Of a DNA stretch of 44,509 bases, positions 42,757 to 44,509 are shown piece after piece (the stretch's first letter is position 1; every line of letters starts with the position of its first letter). Location of the stretch: the NCBI GenBank assembly GCA_031265035.1, contig JAISDE010000061.1:1-44509 (forward strand). The letters are read 5' to 3'. The stretch comes from Peptococcaceae bacterium. GTDB taxonomy: Bacteria; Bacillota; Peptococcia; DRI-13; UBA5745. Both the position numbers and the translations under genes were made by a program. The notes beneath the pieces were generated by a model. It was given only the letters and a program-made list of their open reading frames with translations, had not been told where the DNA came from and made no database searches.

Positions 42757-44509
42757 TCAGCCTGTCGCCGCGAATTGGCTCATGTAAAGCTCGGCGTAAA
42801 AGCCTTTTTGGGCCAAAAGGCCCTCGTGGGTGCCCTGCTCCACAATATCGCCGTCCCGCATAACCAGAATCAGGTCGGCGTCCCGGATGGTGGACAGGCG
42901 GTGCGCGATCACAAAGCTGGTGCGGCCCCGCAGCAGCCTGGCCATCGCTTGCTGCACCAGGATTTCCGTCCGGGTATCCACGGAGCTGGTCGCCTCATCC
43001 AGAATCAGGATTGGCGGATCCGCCAAAAAGGTGCGGGCGATGGTTAGCAGCTGCTTTTGCCCTTGGGAAATATTGTCGGCCTCCTCGCTGATCACCATAT
43101 CGTAGCCCTTGGGCAATTGCCGGATAAACTCGTCGCAATGGGCGGCCTGGGCCGCGGCGATCACCGCCTCGTCGTTTTTGTCAAAGCTGCCGTAACGGAT
43201 ATTCTCCCTGACGCTGGCGTGATAAAGCCAGGCGTCTTGCAGCACCATGCCTAAAAGGCCGCGGGATGAGCGGCGGGAAAGGCTGTTGATATCATAGCCG
43301 TCGATATAAATGCCGCCGCCGTCCAGGTCATAAAAGCGCATCAGCAGCTTTACTATAGTAGTTTTGCCCGCGCCGGTAGGCCCCACGATGGCCACCTTGC
43401 GGCCAGGCTCGATCACCGCCGAGAAATTGTGAATGACTGTCTTGTCCGGGCTGTAGCCAAAACGAACGCCATCAAAAACCACCCGCCCCTTGATCCGCTC
43501 CGGTTCTGGCTCGGCCTGTTTTTCCGGGCTTTCCTCCGCCTCGTTGAGGAAGGCGAAAACCCGTTCCGCCGCCGCCGCGGTAGATTGCAGGATGTTGGAG
43601 ATATTGGCCAATTGGCTCATGGGCTGGGTGAAGGAGCGGGAATATTGGACAAACGCCTGAATATCCCCGATCGCGATGACCCGACTGGCGGCCAGATAGC
43701 CGCCCAGGATACAAATCGCCACATAGCCCAGATTACCGACAAAATTCATGATCGGCATCATCAGGCCGGAAAGGAACTGAGATTTCCAGGCGACCTGATA
43801 CAGCTCGTCATTCAGCAGGTTGAAATCAGCGATGGTGTTTTCCTCCTGATTAAACGCCTGAACGACGTTGTGCCCGGCGTAGGCTTCCTCCACCTGGCCG
43901 TTGACTCGCCCCAAATATTCCTGCTGCCGCCGGAAAAATTTTTGGGACTGCCTGACCACCAGCGTGATGAAAAGCAGGGAAAGGGGCAGAATCAGCAGAA
44001 AAACCAGGGTCATCAGCCAACTGATGCTCAACATCATCGCGCTAATGCCCACGACCATGGTGACAGAGGTGATCATCTGCGCCAGGGATTGGTTCAGGGT
44101 CTGGCTCAGGGTATCGACGTCATTGGTGACCCGGGACAAGACCTCGCCCCGGGTCTGACGGTCAAAATAACTCAAGGGCAGGCGATGGGTTTTGGCCGAG
44201 ATATCCTGGCGGAAACGGTAGGATATCCTCATCGCTACCCCGGACAGGGCAAAGCCCTGGATATAGGAAAAAATCGCCGTCAGGATATAAAGGCCGACCA
44301 GAAACAGGATACGGCGGCTGATGTAGGCGAAATCTACCCCGCCGCCCCCCGCCATAGCCGCGGTCAGGCCGTCAAAGAGCTTGGTGGTCACCTGCCCCAG
44401 TATTTTGGGGCCGACGATGGAAAAGGCCGTGGAAAACACCGCCAGAATCATCACGGCGCCGATTTGTATCCTGTAGGCCCCGAGATAATTCAGCAGGGTC
44501 AGCATCGTG
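42757..44509 (-). CDS. ABC exporter, fused permease/ATPase (MsbA/MdlB-like), N-terminus probably beyond the right window edge
   Basis: Six-TM ABC_membrane region, Walker A GPTGAGKTT, signature ISQGQKQLL, Walker B ILILDEATS. Homologues usually carry ~20-30 more residues before the LLNYLGAYR segment. Confidence 0.9.
   Translation of the reverse strand, partial: TMLTLLNYLGAYRIQIGAVMILAVFSTAFSIVGPKILGQVTTKLFDGLTAAMAGGGGVDFAYISRRILFLVGLYILTAIFSYIQGFALSGVAMRISYRFRQDISAKTHRLPLSYFDRQTRGEVLSRVTNDVDTLSQTLNQSLAQMITSVTMVVGISAMMLSISWLMTLVFLLILPLSLLFITLVVRQSQKFFRRQQEYLGRVNGQVEEAYAGHNVVQAFNQEENTIADFNLLNDELYQVAWKSQFLSGLMMPIMNFVGNLGYVAICILGGYLAASRVIAIGDIQAFVQYSRSFTQPMSQLANISNILQSTAAAAERVFAFLNEAEESPEKQAEPEPERIKGRVVFDGVRFGYSPDKTVIHNFSAVIEPGRKVAIVGPTGAGKTTIVKLLMRFYDLDGGGIYIDGYDINSLSRRSSRGLLGMVLQDAWLYHASVRENIRYGSFDKNDEAVIAAAQAAHCDEFIRQLPKGYDMVISEEADNISQGQKQLLTIARTFLADPPILILDEATSSVDTRTEILVQQAMARLLRGRTSFVIAHRLSTIRDADLILVMRDGDIVEQGTHEGLLAQKGFYAELYMSQFAATG

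Overview
44.5-kb mosaic window, probably from a high-GC Firmicute (Clostridia-like: valS-folC and lon-engB synteny, SLH-anchored surface protein, DUF3793 and DUF5348 families). All family calls come from motifs read by eye; no searches or tools were run. GC-rich core genes are a 7TM sensor kinase and OmpR-type regulator next to a 3,048-aa SLH surface protein, then dnaX, folC, valS, engB, lon, and a partial ABC exporter. Five visibly AT-richer accessory blocks interrupt them. (i) 1-3.5 kb is the distal end of an integrated element. It ends at a 45-nt tRNA(CAU) 3' half and carries a soluble ABC ATPase + RloB/Toprim pair with its own near-consensus promoter. (ii) 3.5-6.6 kb is a gene graveyard: a decayed second copy of that pair, an intact AlbA_2/Schlafen-like regulator, and a chimeric P-loop/wHTH remnant. 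(iii) 18.9-21.7 kb holds an HTH-fused HipA-like kinase with a palindromic operator, followed by an ATPase with a PD-(D/E)xK-like tail. (iv) 33.6-37.8 kb holds an AAA_14/DUF4143 ATPase and an SNF2 helicase with a Cys-less SWIM-like motif. (v) 38.1-42.8 kb is a low-GC defence island beside tRNA-Ser(GCU): D12 N6-adenine methyltransferase + unclassified PD-ExK endonuclease, a truncated DUF262 protein, and MntA/HepT. Two oddities recur across the window. Short tandem direct repeats sit against many promoters. Gly/Ala-rich repeat-encoded inserts occur in dnaX, folC, valS (two) and lon. I saw no rRNA, CRISPR array, integrase or transposase. The best candidates for an uncharacterised system are the ATPase + RloB cassette with its decayed twin, the HTH-HipA-like kinase / ATPase-nuclease pair, and the tRNA-Ser island.
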